The notes under the pieces: model-generated
Databases searched by the model: none
The model's input: the letters and a program-made list of their open reading frames with translations, nothing else
What the model was told of the DNA's origin: nothing
NCBI GenBank assembly: GCA_963674945.2
Contig: CAXXWQ010000003.1
Location: 2,176,001-2,240,000, forward strand
Direction of reading: 5' to 3'
DNA: 64,000 nt
Origin: an uncultured Desulfosarcina sp.
GTDB lineage: Bacteria; Desulfobacterota; Desulfobacteria; Desulfobacterales; Desulfosarcinaceae
Made by a program: the position numbers and the translations under genes
Shown: one piece after another, positions 10,492-19,089 of the stretch
Numbering within the stretch: the stretch's first letter is position 1
Layout: each line of letters opens with the position of its first letter

Positions 10492-10621
10492 GCCGAACGC
10501 TTCATTTCACCCGGGCGCAGGTATGGAATTTTAAGAGTTTTGAGATGGAAAAAGCATCAATGAAACTACGATTTTTAGAAATGCCACGCCCCCTGCGCTC
10601 GGGTGAAATTGTTTGTTGAAC
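10492..10621 (-). other. attC site (long)
   Basis: GCCGAAC...ATTTCACCCGGGCGCAGG / CCTGCGCTCGGGTGAAAT...GTTGAAC. Confidence 0.85.
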
Positions 10622-10714
10622 GAAGCCGCTAACGCGGCGGAAAAAAACTTCAAATCCTGTATACTTTCCGTAACCGTCCAATTTCGGACGATTATAACAC
10701 GAAGGGAGTATACC

Positions 10715-11342
10715 ATGGACAAGAAAGAAACCAAACGATTCGACAAACTGTATCAGCGTCATTTGCAAATGCTCAATCTCCAGGGCAAGAGCGAAAAGAC
10801 CCGGGAGGCATACGCAAGATCCGTCCGGCGGTTGCGGGATCATTTCGATTGCTGCCCGGACAAGCTCACTCCCAAGCAATTGGAATCCTATTTCGCCCAA
10901 CTTGTGGAAACCCATTCCTGGAGCACGGTTAAACTCGATTGCTATGGGTTCAAATTCTTTTGGAAGTTCGTGCTCGAAAAAGACATGCAATGGATCAATA
11001 TCGTTCATCCGAAATTATTGTTTCCAAACGTAAGCGGCCCCATTGATCGAATCAAATATGCAAAAAATCATATGGATATGGGCGGCACGCAAAAGGCCAT
11101 GAAAGTGGTTGTACAGGAATGCGGCATTAAAAAAAGCCTCCATCCATTCGCTTCGCCACAGCTATGCCACCCATCTTCTGGAACGTGGCCTGAGCCTGCG
11201 TCATATCCAGCTCCTTTTGGGCCATGCCAACTCGAACACCACCGAACGATACACCCAACTCACCGAGATTTCCGAAAAAGATAGCATGTCCACCATCAAT
11301 TCCCTGGTCAACTCCATACATGTTGATTTCAAGAAGGTGTGA
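10715..11342 (+). pseudogene. Tyrosine recombinase with N-terminal SAM-like domain; internal deletion and frameshift in an A7 run (~11129-11135)
   Basis: LQGKSEKTREAYARSVR N-terminus; [22 protein letters not shown] in another frame; the catalytic Arg/Lys segment is missing between INIV and HPKLLFP. Confidence 0.85.
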
Positions 11343-11344
11343 TC

Positions 11345-12382
11345 ATGGAACTGGCCAAGATTTTCCATCAATACCGGCAACCCTTCATGCGTAAGTATGG
11401 AGACTTTCTTTCACACGATCAGGTCAAAGCCTTCAACAATATTTTGGAATGCAGGACCGTCGAATCCGGTGAAGTAGCGGTATCGTGTTCCAGTTGTTCT
11501 CACATCGAATGGAAGCCCTTGTCATGCGGAAATCGCAACTGCCCCAAATGTCAGAACCATAACGCATCCCAATGGATCGACCGTCAGATGAACATACTAT
11601 TGCCGGTGCGTTACTTCATGATCACATTTACCTTACCGTTTAAGTTTCAGGCATTGGCAGGGCGTTTGCCTAAACAAATCTACTCCTTGTTCTTTTTATG
11701 CGTTGCCGGCGTTCTCAAGGATTTCGCATCGAACCCCAAACACCTGGGGGCTGAAATCGGGATGACCATGGTGCTGCACACCAACAGTCGCAGTTTAGAT
11801 TACCATCCCCATATTCATGTGATCGTACCAGGCGGCGGCATCGTTCGTTCCAGAAAGCAGTGGAAAAAGAAAAAGGGGAAATATCTGTTTAAACAGGATA
11901 ACCTCGCCAATGTCTTTCGCGCTCGCTTTTTGACGGAGCTGAGAAAATGCGGTTTTTCCATTCCAACGGCCCCTTTCGAATGGATCGTCGACTGTCGGCA
12001 GGTCGGGAAAGGCGCCGGTGCCGTCAAATACCTTTCCAAGTATTTGTAAAAAGGCGTGATCAGCGAAAAGAACATCGTTGCAAACGAAAACGGCAAGGTC
12101 ACTTTTCGGTATATCGAAAGTGAGACCAAAACCGAAAAATACCGTGCTCTGCCCGGCGAGGATTTCATTTACCTGATTATACAGCATGTCCTCCCCAAGG
12201 GCTTTCGCAGAGTGCGAGATTACTGTTTCCTGCACGGCAATGCAAAAAAGCTCCTGTCGCTGGTCCAGCTGGTTTTGCATGTGGTTATTCAGGAAATTGG
12301 GCTTCGCGCTCGTCCGTCGTTCAAATGCTCCCGGTGCAAATCGCCGATGGTAGTCATCGGGTTTCGGTTAAGACCGGGATAA
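11345..12382 (+). pseudogene. IS91-family (Y2 HUH) rolling-circle transposase with a premature TAA at 12047-12049
   Basis: SCGNRNCPKCQ zinc motif, YHPHIHVIV (HUH), YLSKYL*, then HVLPKGFRRVRDY in the same frame. Confidence 0.92.
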
Positions 12383-12589
12383 CCGCCACATCGGCAAAGA
12401 ACTGCCGTTCATGGTAAATACAGGAGGACTTGCCGACCTTATGGAAAACATGGTTGACCATTATGCCTGTGCAAGGCAGTCGCACAAGTACGCCCAAAAA
12501 AAGCTTCGATTTTCAAAGAGCCGTATCTCCTACCTTCTCCCGAAATAGATATTTCCTTTATAAATAGATCATCCTTTAATATCGGGCTT

Positions 12590-12652
12590 GTTCAACAACC
12601 GGATAAGATCGTGGCTCGCTTCGCTCTCACGATCTATCCTTATTCGTTATGT
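12590..12652 (+). other. attC site with polarity opposite to the array
   Basis: GTTCAAC-AACC-GGATA[A]GATCGTG...CACGATCTATCC-TTATTC-GTTATGT; the extra base is on the left arm. Confidence 0.75.
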
Positions 12653-12660
12653 TCTTTTGT

Positions 12661-13197
12661 TTACCAATAAACGGGGTCATTGAATTCCTTAACGCACCCG
12701 GGTCGTTCATTAATAGTTGGAATTGGCTCTCCCGTTAAAGATTGGCCAAGCCAGCCAAAAGGCATTGAAAGCTTTAACGGAGCCTGAATTACATTTTCTG
12801 AAAGTACCTGAAATCCCACCTTTGAATAAAAGGATGGATCTCCATATGTGACAGCAACATTAACAGAGCGCTTTTTGAGCTCATTAAGCCCGTAATTGAT
12901 TAGCGCCTGTCCGATGCCTTTTCCCTGATATTCAGCGCTTACTGCAACTGGGGCAAGCATGTAAACCTGCGTAGGCTTACTAAACTGAAGGCGAGTGAAG
13001 AAAATAGAACTGATGAACGTTTCATTTTCATATACGCCGAAACAGATTATTTCCTGATCGTCGATGTTTGACGCCAACTGTGAAGAAAGGTTGCCAATCA
13101 ATTTTCCTTCCTTTTCACCCTCCGATGAAGTGAATACAGAAGTGAATAGATCTTCTACTTCTTTTTGTTTTGATTTGTCCAGAATTCGGTGAATCAT
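12661..13197 (-). CDS. GNAT-family N-acetyltransferase (YhbS-like) cassette
   Basis: LAPVAVSAEYQGKGIGQALI, TYGDPSFYSKVGF. Confidence 0.92.
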   Translation of the reverse strand: MIHRILDKSKQKEVEDLFTSVFTSSEGEKEGKLIGNLSSQLASNIDDQEIICFGVYENETFISSIFFTRLQFSKPTQVYMLAPVAVSAEYQGKGIGQALINYGLNELKKRSVNVAVTYGDPSFYSKVGFQVLSENVIQAPLKLSMPFGWLGQSLTGEPIPTINERPGCVKEFNDPVYW

Positions 13198-13229
13198 GCC
13201 TTACCTTTCAAGATTACTGCGCTTATCGC

Positions 13230-13995
13230 ATCGAGGTAGGATGGCCAGTTACCCGAACGCCCCCTCACAGATCCCTGCGTGCGGTTTTCCCGCACAAGGC
13301 TCTTCAGTATTGTTCGCTTCGTACGAAAGCAAGGTTAATCCCAGTATCCGATAATTCGGGGCTGCGGTATCAGGAACTGCTTTAGCAATTCTGAAAACCC
13401 GCTCCAATTTAGGCTTTTTCTCTGGCTTCGGCGATTGAGCCATTTAAAGACGATATTGATGGTATGATGATAGAAGGATTTTAGCATTTCCATATTGCCG
13501 GATACCCCGTAATAATTGAAATGGCCCTGCAATTTGCAGCGCAATGCCTCCATTATCTCCGTCGTACCGTCAAACCTATCTTTCTTCATCCACGCCTTGA
13601 TTGACGACAATGCCTGCCGAAACTTCTTTTTCGATGTTCGCATCTTCACCAGTGGCTTGCCTGTGCGGCTTCGACCCCAACGATATTCGAATCCGAGAAA
13701 GGTGAATGATTCACTATTTTCGGTTACAAAACGAGTAAATTTTATGGTTCGTGTCTTGTCCTGGGAAAGTTGTAAGTTGAACTTTCCCAGGCGACCGTCG
13801 ATGGAGCTTCGAACCTTCTGCAAGTCCCTGTGATACTGAAAACAACAGACGTAATCATCGGCAAACCGAATCAGCATAGCATCACCGTCACTGTTTGGCT
13901 TGACAACCTTTTCAAACCACAGATCCAGTGCATAGTGAAGATAAATATTGGCCAGTACCGCCGATACTACACCTCCCTGAGGTGTGCCGGTTACC
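13230..13995 (-). mobile_element. ltrA: 3' half of a second, non-IIC group II intron (RT4 to domain X, DV/DVI)
   Basis: GTPQGGVVSAVLANIYLHYALDLWF, RFADD, QGHFNYYG, WLNRRSQ; DV GAGCCTTGTGCGGGAAAACCGCACGCAGGGATC; ends CCTACCTCGAT at 13230. Confidence 0.92.
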
Positions 13996-14163
13996 GGAAC
14001 GAATTGTAGAACGAAGGAGCATGTTAAGAGCAATGAACCAGGTCATTGCCAACAAAGGCGCCGCCGGTGTCGATGGCATGACCACCAAGCAACTTAAGGG
14101 ATACCTTAAGCGACACTGGCCCAAAGTCAAGCAGGAGCTGATAGATGGGATCTATCGTCCCAA
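13989..14163 (+). mobile_element. Internal fragment of the group IIC-attC intron RT gene
   Basis: Near-identical to 16621-16795 (ERIVERRSMLRAMNQVIANKGAAGVDG...IYRP). Confidence 0.9.
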
Positions 14164-14502
14164 TATACCTTTCTTGTCAACGACAAAACCAGCCCCCCAG
14201 GTATTATTTTCGCCTTCAACCTCGGCTATAGCCATCCTTATTGTTGGTAAAAGATCGCTGAATTTATCAACGCGCTTATCGATGTCCTTTTGAACTTGGA
14301 CTGGGGGTAGTTCATCTTCGGCTGCGGGTGGTAGAAGACGAACTGAACCCCAAGGTGTCGGTATTTCAGCTTCACGCTTTTTTAATGATAAAATTAGCTC
14401 ACGGATAGGGCGCAAATATAATAGAAATATTACCAAGACTACAAAAGGTCATGAAACAATGATTTTCAAAAATTCTAAGATCGTTTTTATGATATCATTC
14501 AT
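14161..14502 (-). pseudogene. Membrane-anchored protein, possibly a trypsin-like protease; TGA at codon 18 and 3' truncation
   Basis: MNDIIKTILEFLKIIVS*PFVVLVIFLL...WGAGFVVDKKGIL, then fused to intron sequence. Confidence 0.6.
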
Positions 14503-14522
14503 TGTTCACTCTTAATCTGGAT

Positions 14523-14595
14523 GCCCAACGCCGAATTCACTTGCTGGTGTGGAGCGGCAGCGGAACACCAGTCAGAGTGAAATGAGCGGTTATAC
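14523..14595 (-). other. attC site
   Basis: GCCCAAC...ATTCACTTGCTGGTGT / ACACCAGTCAGAGTGAAAT...GTTATAC. Confidence 0.92.
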
Positions 14596-14609
14596 GAAAT
14601 TTTGTCTTG

Positions 14610-14644
14610 TTGACGAATCGCCCGGTGGTGTGTATTATTACACA
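14610..14644 (+). promoter_or_regulatory. hicAB promoter TTGACG-17-TATTAT with operator TGTGTA-TTAT-TACACA; near-leaderless hicA
   Basis: -35 at 14610-14615, -10 at 14633-14638, IR at 14629-14644, ATG at 14647 with no RBS. Confidence 0.8.
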
Positions 14645-14646
14645 TC

Positions 14647-14835
14647 ATGGATAGTCGAGCTATTATCAAAATGCTAAAACAAAACGGCTGGTATAAAGTC
14701 GCAACATCCGGTTCCCACACACAATTTCGGCATCCTGAAAGAAAAGGGCGTGTAACGGTTCCACATCCTAAGAAGGACATCCCCATTGGCACTTTGAAAA
14801 GTATCGAGCGTCAATCGGGAATCAAGTTTAGTTGA
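14647..14835 (+). CDS. hicA: HicA toxin
   Basis: GW...SGSHTQFRHP...VTVPHPKKDIPIGTLKSI. Confidence 0.95.
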   Translation: MDSRAIIKMLKQNGWYKVATSGSHTQFRHPERKGRVTVPHPKKDIPIGTLKSIERQSGIKFS

Positions 14836-14845
14836 GGTTTTAATA

Positions 14846-15262
14846 ATGTCTAACTATATAGCCACCATTCACAAAAATGAAAAAAGCGATTTTGGTGTAT
14901 CGTTTCCCGATTTTCCTGGATGTATCACTGCAGGGAAAACCATCGATGAGGCCAAGGACATGGCTCACGAGGCCCTTACCTTCCATATCCAGGGTATGAT
15001 CGAAGATGGTGAAAAGTTACCCAATCCCTCCAAACTAGAAAAAATTATGAGTGACCCGGACTACTCTGGAACCGTTGCATTTCTTGTTGTTTCAATTCCT
15101 GATTTAAAGTCCCGAACAGTTCGCGTAAATATCACATTGCCGGAACTAACACTCAAGCAGATCGATGCTGCTGCGAAGAAAAAAGGTATGTCCAGATCAT
15201 CGTTTCTTGCCCGCGTAGCAAAAGATGCCATTCAACCCAATGCTTCTGGAGCTTCTGTATAG
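14846..15262 (+). CDS. hicB: HicB antitoxin with C-terminal RHH
   Basis: FGVSFPDFPGCITAGKTIDEA; RVNITLP...SRSSFL. Confidence 0.95.
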   Translation: MSNYIATIHKNEKSDFGVSFPDFPGCITAGKTIDEAKDMAHEALTFHIQGMIEDGEKLPNPSKLEKIMSDPDYSGTVAFLVVSIPDLKSRTVRVNITLPELTLKQIDAAAKKKGMSRSSFLARVAKDAIQPNASGASV

Positions 15263-15272
15263 TCCCATTTGC

Positions 15273-15400
15273 GTATAACGGCCCGAGTCGAGCGGCAAGC
15301 CGCCCGACTCGGGCCGGTGGCGCCGCACGCAGCGGGGCGCCACCGCCGCAGTCACAGGCCGCGAGGTACGAAAGGTCCATTGTGAAACCGCAGATTATCC
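15273..15400 (-). other. Atypical attC-position element with two tandem GC-rich hairpins
   Basis: GTATAAC core, then GGCCCGAGTCG..CGACTCGGGCC and GGTGGCGCC..GGCGCCACC; far box degenerate (ATTATCC). Confidence 0.5.
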
Positions 15401-15406
15401 TGCAGT

Positions 15407-15931
15407 TTACTTTATTTCAGTGACTTTAAGACCAAAGAACCGGTCTGAAGTAATAAATCTTTTGATTTCGTTTTCTTTACAGTATTCCATACACTTTTCA
15501 GTATTTTCTTTGAAATTATGAAACATCGCGGATATCAGCAATAGATTCTCAATGTTACCCTGTTCGATAATTCTCCGATATTTCGCGTCATTTAGAAATT
15601 TGAATTCATAGCAAATAATTATCAGCGTCCGACCGATAGATAAGTCTAATGATTTCTTCTTTTCCTCGCCGGAAGTGATGAATTTATGTTCATCATTATG
15701 TACATGAATCTTTCTGATATTATGTGTTTTATCTCCATCAATAACCAAACATGAACTATAATTTTTGCTATCTTCTCTTTCAATGTAACCGGAAATGAGG
15801 ACATCAAATCCAAATTTTTTATACCACCGAAGGATATCTTGAGACTCTTCCCTTGATAATGGCGCCTGAGGAGGAAAGTCGGTTAAGTGGTACTCTGGAA
15901 AAATGAGTATGTTTTTACCATTGATATTCAT
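15407..15931 (-). CDS. Carbon-nitrogen hydrolase (nitrilase superfamily)-like cassette protein
   Basis: IFPEY, RKIH and IICYE give the Glu-Lys-Cys triad. Confidence 0.75.
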   Translation of the reverse strand: MNINGKNILIFPEYHLTDFPPQAPLSREESQDILRWYKKFGFDVLISGYIEREDSKNYSSCLVIDGDKTHNIRKIHVHNDEHKFITSGEEKKKSLDLSIGRTLIIICYEFKFLNDAKYRRIIEQGNIENLLLISAMFHNFKENTEKCMEYCKENEIKRFITSDRFFGLKVTEIK

Positions 15932-15952
15932 TTTTTAACTTCAGGTTGTGAA

Positions 15953-16009
15953 GGACAACGCCAAGCTGTGGGGCGGCATGGTCCTCGCCGTCCCACACCA
16001 GCGAGTTGT
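15953..16009 (-). other. attC site interrupted after TTGT by a group IIC intron
   Basis: GGACAAC..GCTGTGGGGCGGC/GCCGTCCCACACCAGC..GAGTTGT. Confidence 0.9.
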
Positions 16010-17100
16010 GTGTGCCGGGCACGGCACGTATTCTTAAGGGTGCGATGAGCCCAGCATACCCTTTGTTTCACGGCTCATCAAGTCCCAAACCCAGCCCGAT
16101 GGAGGCGAAGGGTATAGCGGTAGCGCAACCGGGTATCCGGCGACGGTGCCTGGGAAGGAGGCCGCCCTGCTACGGTAGGGTACCGCGAACGCATGGGGCG
16201 ATGTACAAGAATCGAGTTGGAGGCGATTTTTGGTGGGACGAGCCTGCACAACAAGGCAAAGTCCTCTATCCATCTCAGGCCAAAGGCGTAAACTCGGCGT
16301 TCATGTGCGGAAAGATGCGTGTTCACCCCGGGAGATCTGCCATGATGTCCAGTAAGGACTGACCGAACCGCAAGGGGAGGCGACCTCGTGGCAGAAGTCA
16401 GCAGAGGGCATAGTAGTCGGTGGAAACGAGCCGGGCCTCCCGAATAAGGGAGAAGGATACCCGGAGGCCTCACCCCGATGAAGGCCCGAACGGTGCCCGG
16501 ACCGAGTGGTACGGGTAAATGAAAAGACCAGTAGGAGACGTGTACTTATGAACATAAAGCCTCAGCAGACGGAAATGTTTGTAGCGTCACGGATCGCCGA
16601 ACGTCTGGGAGCAAACGAGCGGTTACTGGAACGAATTGTAGAACGAAGGAGCATGTTAAGAGCAATGAACCAGGTCATCGCCAACAAAGGCGCCGCCGGC
16701 GTCGATGGCATGACCACCAAGCAACTTAAGGGATACCTTAAGAGACACTGGCCCAAAATCAAACAGGACCTGATAGATGGGATCTATCGTCCCAAGACGG
16801 TCAGAAGGAAAGAGATCGATAAGCTGGATGGCGGTGTCCGCCTGCTTGGTATTCCCACGGTATTGGACCGGATGATCCAACAGGCGATCGCTCAGTTGGT
16901 GGAACAGATCTGGGACCCGACCTTTTCCGAATATAGCTTTGGATTCAGGCCTGGAAAATCCGCCCATGACGCTGTCTTAACCGCCAAGAGCCATCTGCTT
17001 GACGGGTACACCCATGTGGTTGACATGGATCTGTCCAAGTTTTTCGATAGAGTCAATCACGACCGGCTGATGAGCCGACTCGCAACCAGGATTCGGGATA
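16010..17100 (+). mobile_element. Group IIC-attC intron, 5' half (ribozyme DI-DIII and RT0-RT3), 3' deleted
   Basis: 5' GTGTGCCGGGCACGG; GCAGAAGTCAGCAGAGGGCATAGTAG; GAAGGCCCGAAC; RT ORF follows. Confidence 0.93.
16548..17100 (+). pseudogene. ltrA: Truncated intron reverse transcriptase
   Basis: NKGAAGVDG, RLLGIPTVLDRMIQQA, SFGFRPG, DMDLSKFFDRVNH; no YADD region. Confidence 0.92.
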
Positions 17101-17428
17101 ATACGACGGTAGAAAAAATAACATCAAATGAATAAGATAGGCGAAACTCGTTAATGTCAGCAACAAAGACCTTGATTGACACATTTTCCTTTTCGGCAAG
17201 GCGTTTAGCCTTTTCTATGCCAATTGGTGAAGCATCGAAAGCTGTTACTGAGTAGCCCTTTCCTGCAAAGAAGACAGCAGCATCACGACCTTCGCCACAC
17301 CCAACATCAAGCAGTGTAACATGACGATCAGGAGGCATGAGTTCCAACACCCTGGCACAGTTGGACGATGGCTTTAACCCCCAGTAATAGTCATCTTGAT
17401 CGTATCGTTTGTCGTATAAATTTCTCAT
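17101..17428 (-). pseudogene. Class I SAM methyltransferase cassette gene, 3' truncated at the intron junction
   Basis: YYWG, LLDVGCGEGRD, VTAFDAS, FDVIFS. Confidence 0.85.
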
Positions 17429-17437
17429 GATTTATCA

Positions 17438-17500
17438 AGCCAACGCCCGGCATAAGGCGCGGCGGCTGTTTGCCGTCGTTTCTTAATGCCATGGTTCGAT
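17438..17500 (-). other. attC site
   Basis: AGCCAAC..GCATAAG..GGCGGC/GCCGTC..CTTAATGC..GTTCGAT. Confidence 0.9.
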
Positions 17501-17547
17501 CTTTATCCTATAAGAGTTTTTAATTTTCATTGTTCAATTGATGATCA

Positions 17548-18159
17548 TTAAAAAACAACAACCCACCAATTCCTCGCTGGGTCTCTTTCAAATTTAACTG
17601 GATTGGCATATTTCTTCCCATTCTTTATCGTTGTGAATTTATACTCAACTTCACAATATTCTCGCTCACAACCCCAAACTTTTACGAACCTTAAATTTTT
17701 AGCTGAAGATATATCGTTGGCAAGTTTAGAAATATTTGATTTACTGATGCCTTTATATGCGGACCTCGTTTTTGGGGATATATATCTCAAGGCACAATCT
17801 ATATCTTCATTGGTTAGGCATTTAACCATATCATTCCAAATAGTTTTTAACTCGGTATCGACAGAATCGCCCTGGGTAATCTCTAAATATTCATTTTCAG
17901 AATGATTATGATAAACATCTGGCCTGTCAAAGGTGGATGTGTTTATTGTCATTTGCTTGTATTCATTTGAAGATTTCGTAGGGGTGGTGCAAGTAGGCTG
18001 CTTTTCAAAATCAGAAATTGCTTCTGGTTCGGAGGGGAGTGAATCAGAAAAGTGTACAACTCCATTACCATCTATCCATTTATACATTTCTGCATACGCT
18101 AAACTGCCCAATATTATAAATGCAAAAATCATATATCCAATTTTTCGAAATATAATCAT
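17548..18159 (-). CDS. Exported DUF4124-like domain protein cassette
   Basis: Signal peptide, then AEMYKWIDGNGVVHFSDSLP. Confidence 0.8.
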   Translation of the reverse strand: MIIFRKIGYMIFAFIILGSLAYAEMYKWIDGNGVVHFSDSLPSEPEAISDFEKQPTCTTPTKSSNEYKQMTINTSTFDRPDVYHNHSENEYLEITQGDSVDTELKTIWNDMVKCLTNEDIDCALRYISPKTRSAYKGISKSNISKLANDISSAKNLRFVKVWGCEREYCEVEYKFTTIKNGKKYANPVKFERDPARNWWVVVF

Positions 18160-18194
18160 TAATTCATTCCTTCTGAATAGATCGCTCAATTGCT

Positions 18195-18327
18195 ATCGAA
18201 CGCGCGTGTCACCTGGCCGGGAGGGAAAAAGAAAGTCTTTTATACACCGGCTGGTGAGAAACCGTTTAAACTCGTTTATAATAAAATCGCTGGACCCTCC
18301 CGGTCAGAGTGAACACGGTGGTTATGG
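18195..18327 (-). other. attC site (long)
   Basis: ATCGAAC..GTGTCACCTGGCCGGGAGGG / CCCTCCCGGTCAGAGTGAACAC..GTTATGG. Confidence 0.9.
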
Positions 18328-18360
18328 CTAAATATCCTTATTTGCTTTGATTATAAAAAT

Positions 18361-18603
18361 CTATTCGCCTTTATTGACGGTAGATTTCCTGTATATAATG
18401 AAATCAAAAACTGCATAACAGATCAGCGCTATGCCTAATAGTATCATCAATAAACATGCATTTCCGCTAAAGGACGCCCCAATGTCAGCTTTAGAGTTAA
18501 GTACAAAGCCCACGCCTTTCCATCGCATGAAAAAAAATGGTATCAAGGCGATACCGGTGATTAAAAATGCAATGTCAATGAGTATGAATAGTGTATTCTT
18601 CAT
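18361..18603 (-). CDS. Small two-TM hypothetical cassette protein
   Basis: 80-aa ORF filling the space between two attC sites; two hydrophobic segments. Confidence 0.7.
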   Translation of the reverse strand: MKNTLFILIDIAFLITGIALIPFFFMRWKGVGFVLNSKADIGASFSGNACLLMILLGIALICYAVFDFIIYRKSTVNKGE

Positions 18604-18613
18604 TTAGATATGT

Positions 18614-18677
18614 TTTGAACATTTGCTTAACCTGCGACGACCTACTGGTCGGAGTCAGGTTGAAGCGGTTGTTATAT
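18614..18677 (-). other. attC site
   Basis: TTTGAAC..GCTTAACCTG/CAGGTTGAAGC..GTTATAT. Confidence 0.85.
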
Positions 18678-18908
18678 GTCTTCCTCTGTATTATCGCCGG
18701 TGACGGTTGCCGTGAAATCTTCGCCGTTCTCACCGACCCCTTCGCAGAATCCACCATACCGCGCCTCATTCCACGCGACCTGCGCCATGACCTCGTTTAT
18801 ATCAGCCGTTTCGCTTATGCACTCGCGGTAATCTTTTACGGCCTTTTCAATCTTGTCGTCGGGTATTTCAACATCGACGAAAATCTCAACGGTAAAGCTC
18901 TTTTTCAT
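18672..18908 (-). CDS. Small acidic hypothetical cassette protein
   Basis: GGAGG RBS; stop codon inside the R'' box. Confidence 0.75.
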   Translation of the reverse strand: MKKSFTVEIFVDVEIPDDKIEKAVKDYRECISETADINEVMAQVAWNEARYGGFCEGVGENGEDFTATVTGDNTEEDI

Positions 18909-18965
18909 CTTCTTTCCTCCTGCACTGCGTCCAGAAACGATTTATTGTTTCTGGCGAAAGTGTCC

Positions 18966-19089
18966 GTATAACGTACTGCTAAGGGGGCGGGAGCCTTAGC
19001 GAAAAATTTTCTTGAAACAAATAACTGCCCCAACGATATTTTTAAAAATGCCCAAGCTTACCCGCTCCCGCTTGAGCAGATTGTTAACT
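18966..19089 (-). other. attC site (long)
   Basis: GTATAAC..TGCTAAGGGGGCGGG / CCCGCTCCCGCTTGAGCA..GTTAACT. Confidence 0.88.

Larger units (their letters stand above)
10615..12652 (+). mobile_element. IS91-like element: tyrosine recombinase + Y2 HUH transposase + terminal attC (decayed)
   Basis: Begins GTTGAAC; the complementary GTTCAAC opens its terminal attC hairpin; two overlapping genes typical of integrase-associated IS91 elements. Confidence 0.85.

Noticed and set aside
11125..11140. A7G run as a programmed -1 frameshift
   Set aside because: The catalytic C-terminus is in the +1 frame and the gene has also lost its catalytic Arg/Lys segment, so decay is the simpler explanation.
13928..14293. 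121-aa ORF as a gene
   Set aside because: Chimera spanning the antisense strand of one intron, an RT fragment of the other, and an antisense cassette gene.
8997..16795. Repeated RT-gene segment as a DGR template/variable repeat pair, or a retron
   Set aside because: The repeats are pieces of a group II intron ORF with intron termini, and the differences are not confined to adenines.
16506..17428. RT-methyltransferase pair as a functional defence RT system
   Set aside because: Both are truncated at one deletion junction near 17100, and the RT lacks its catalytic YADD region.
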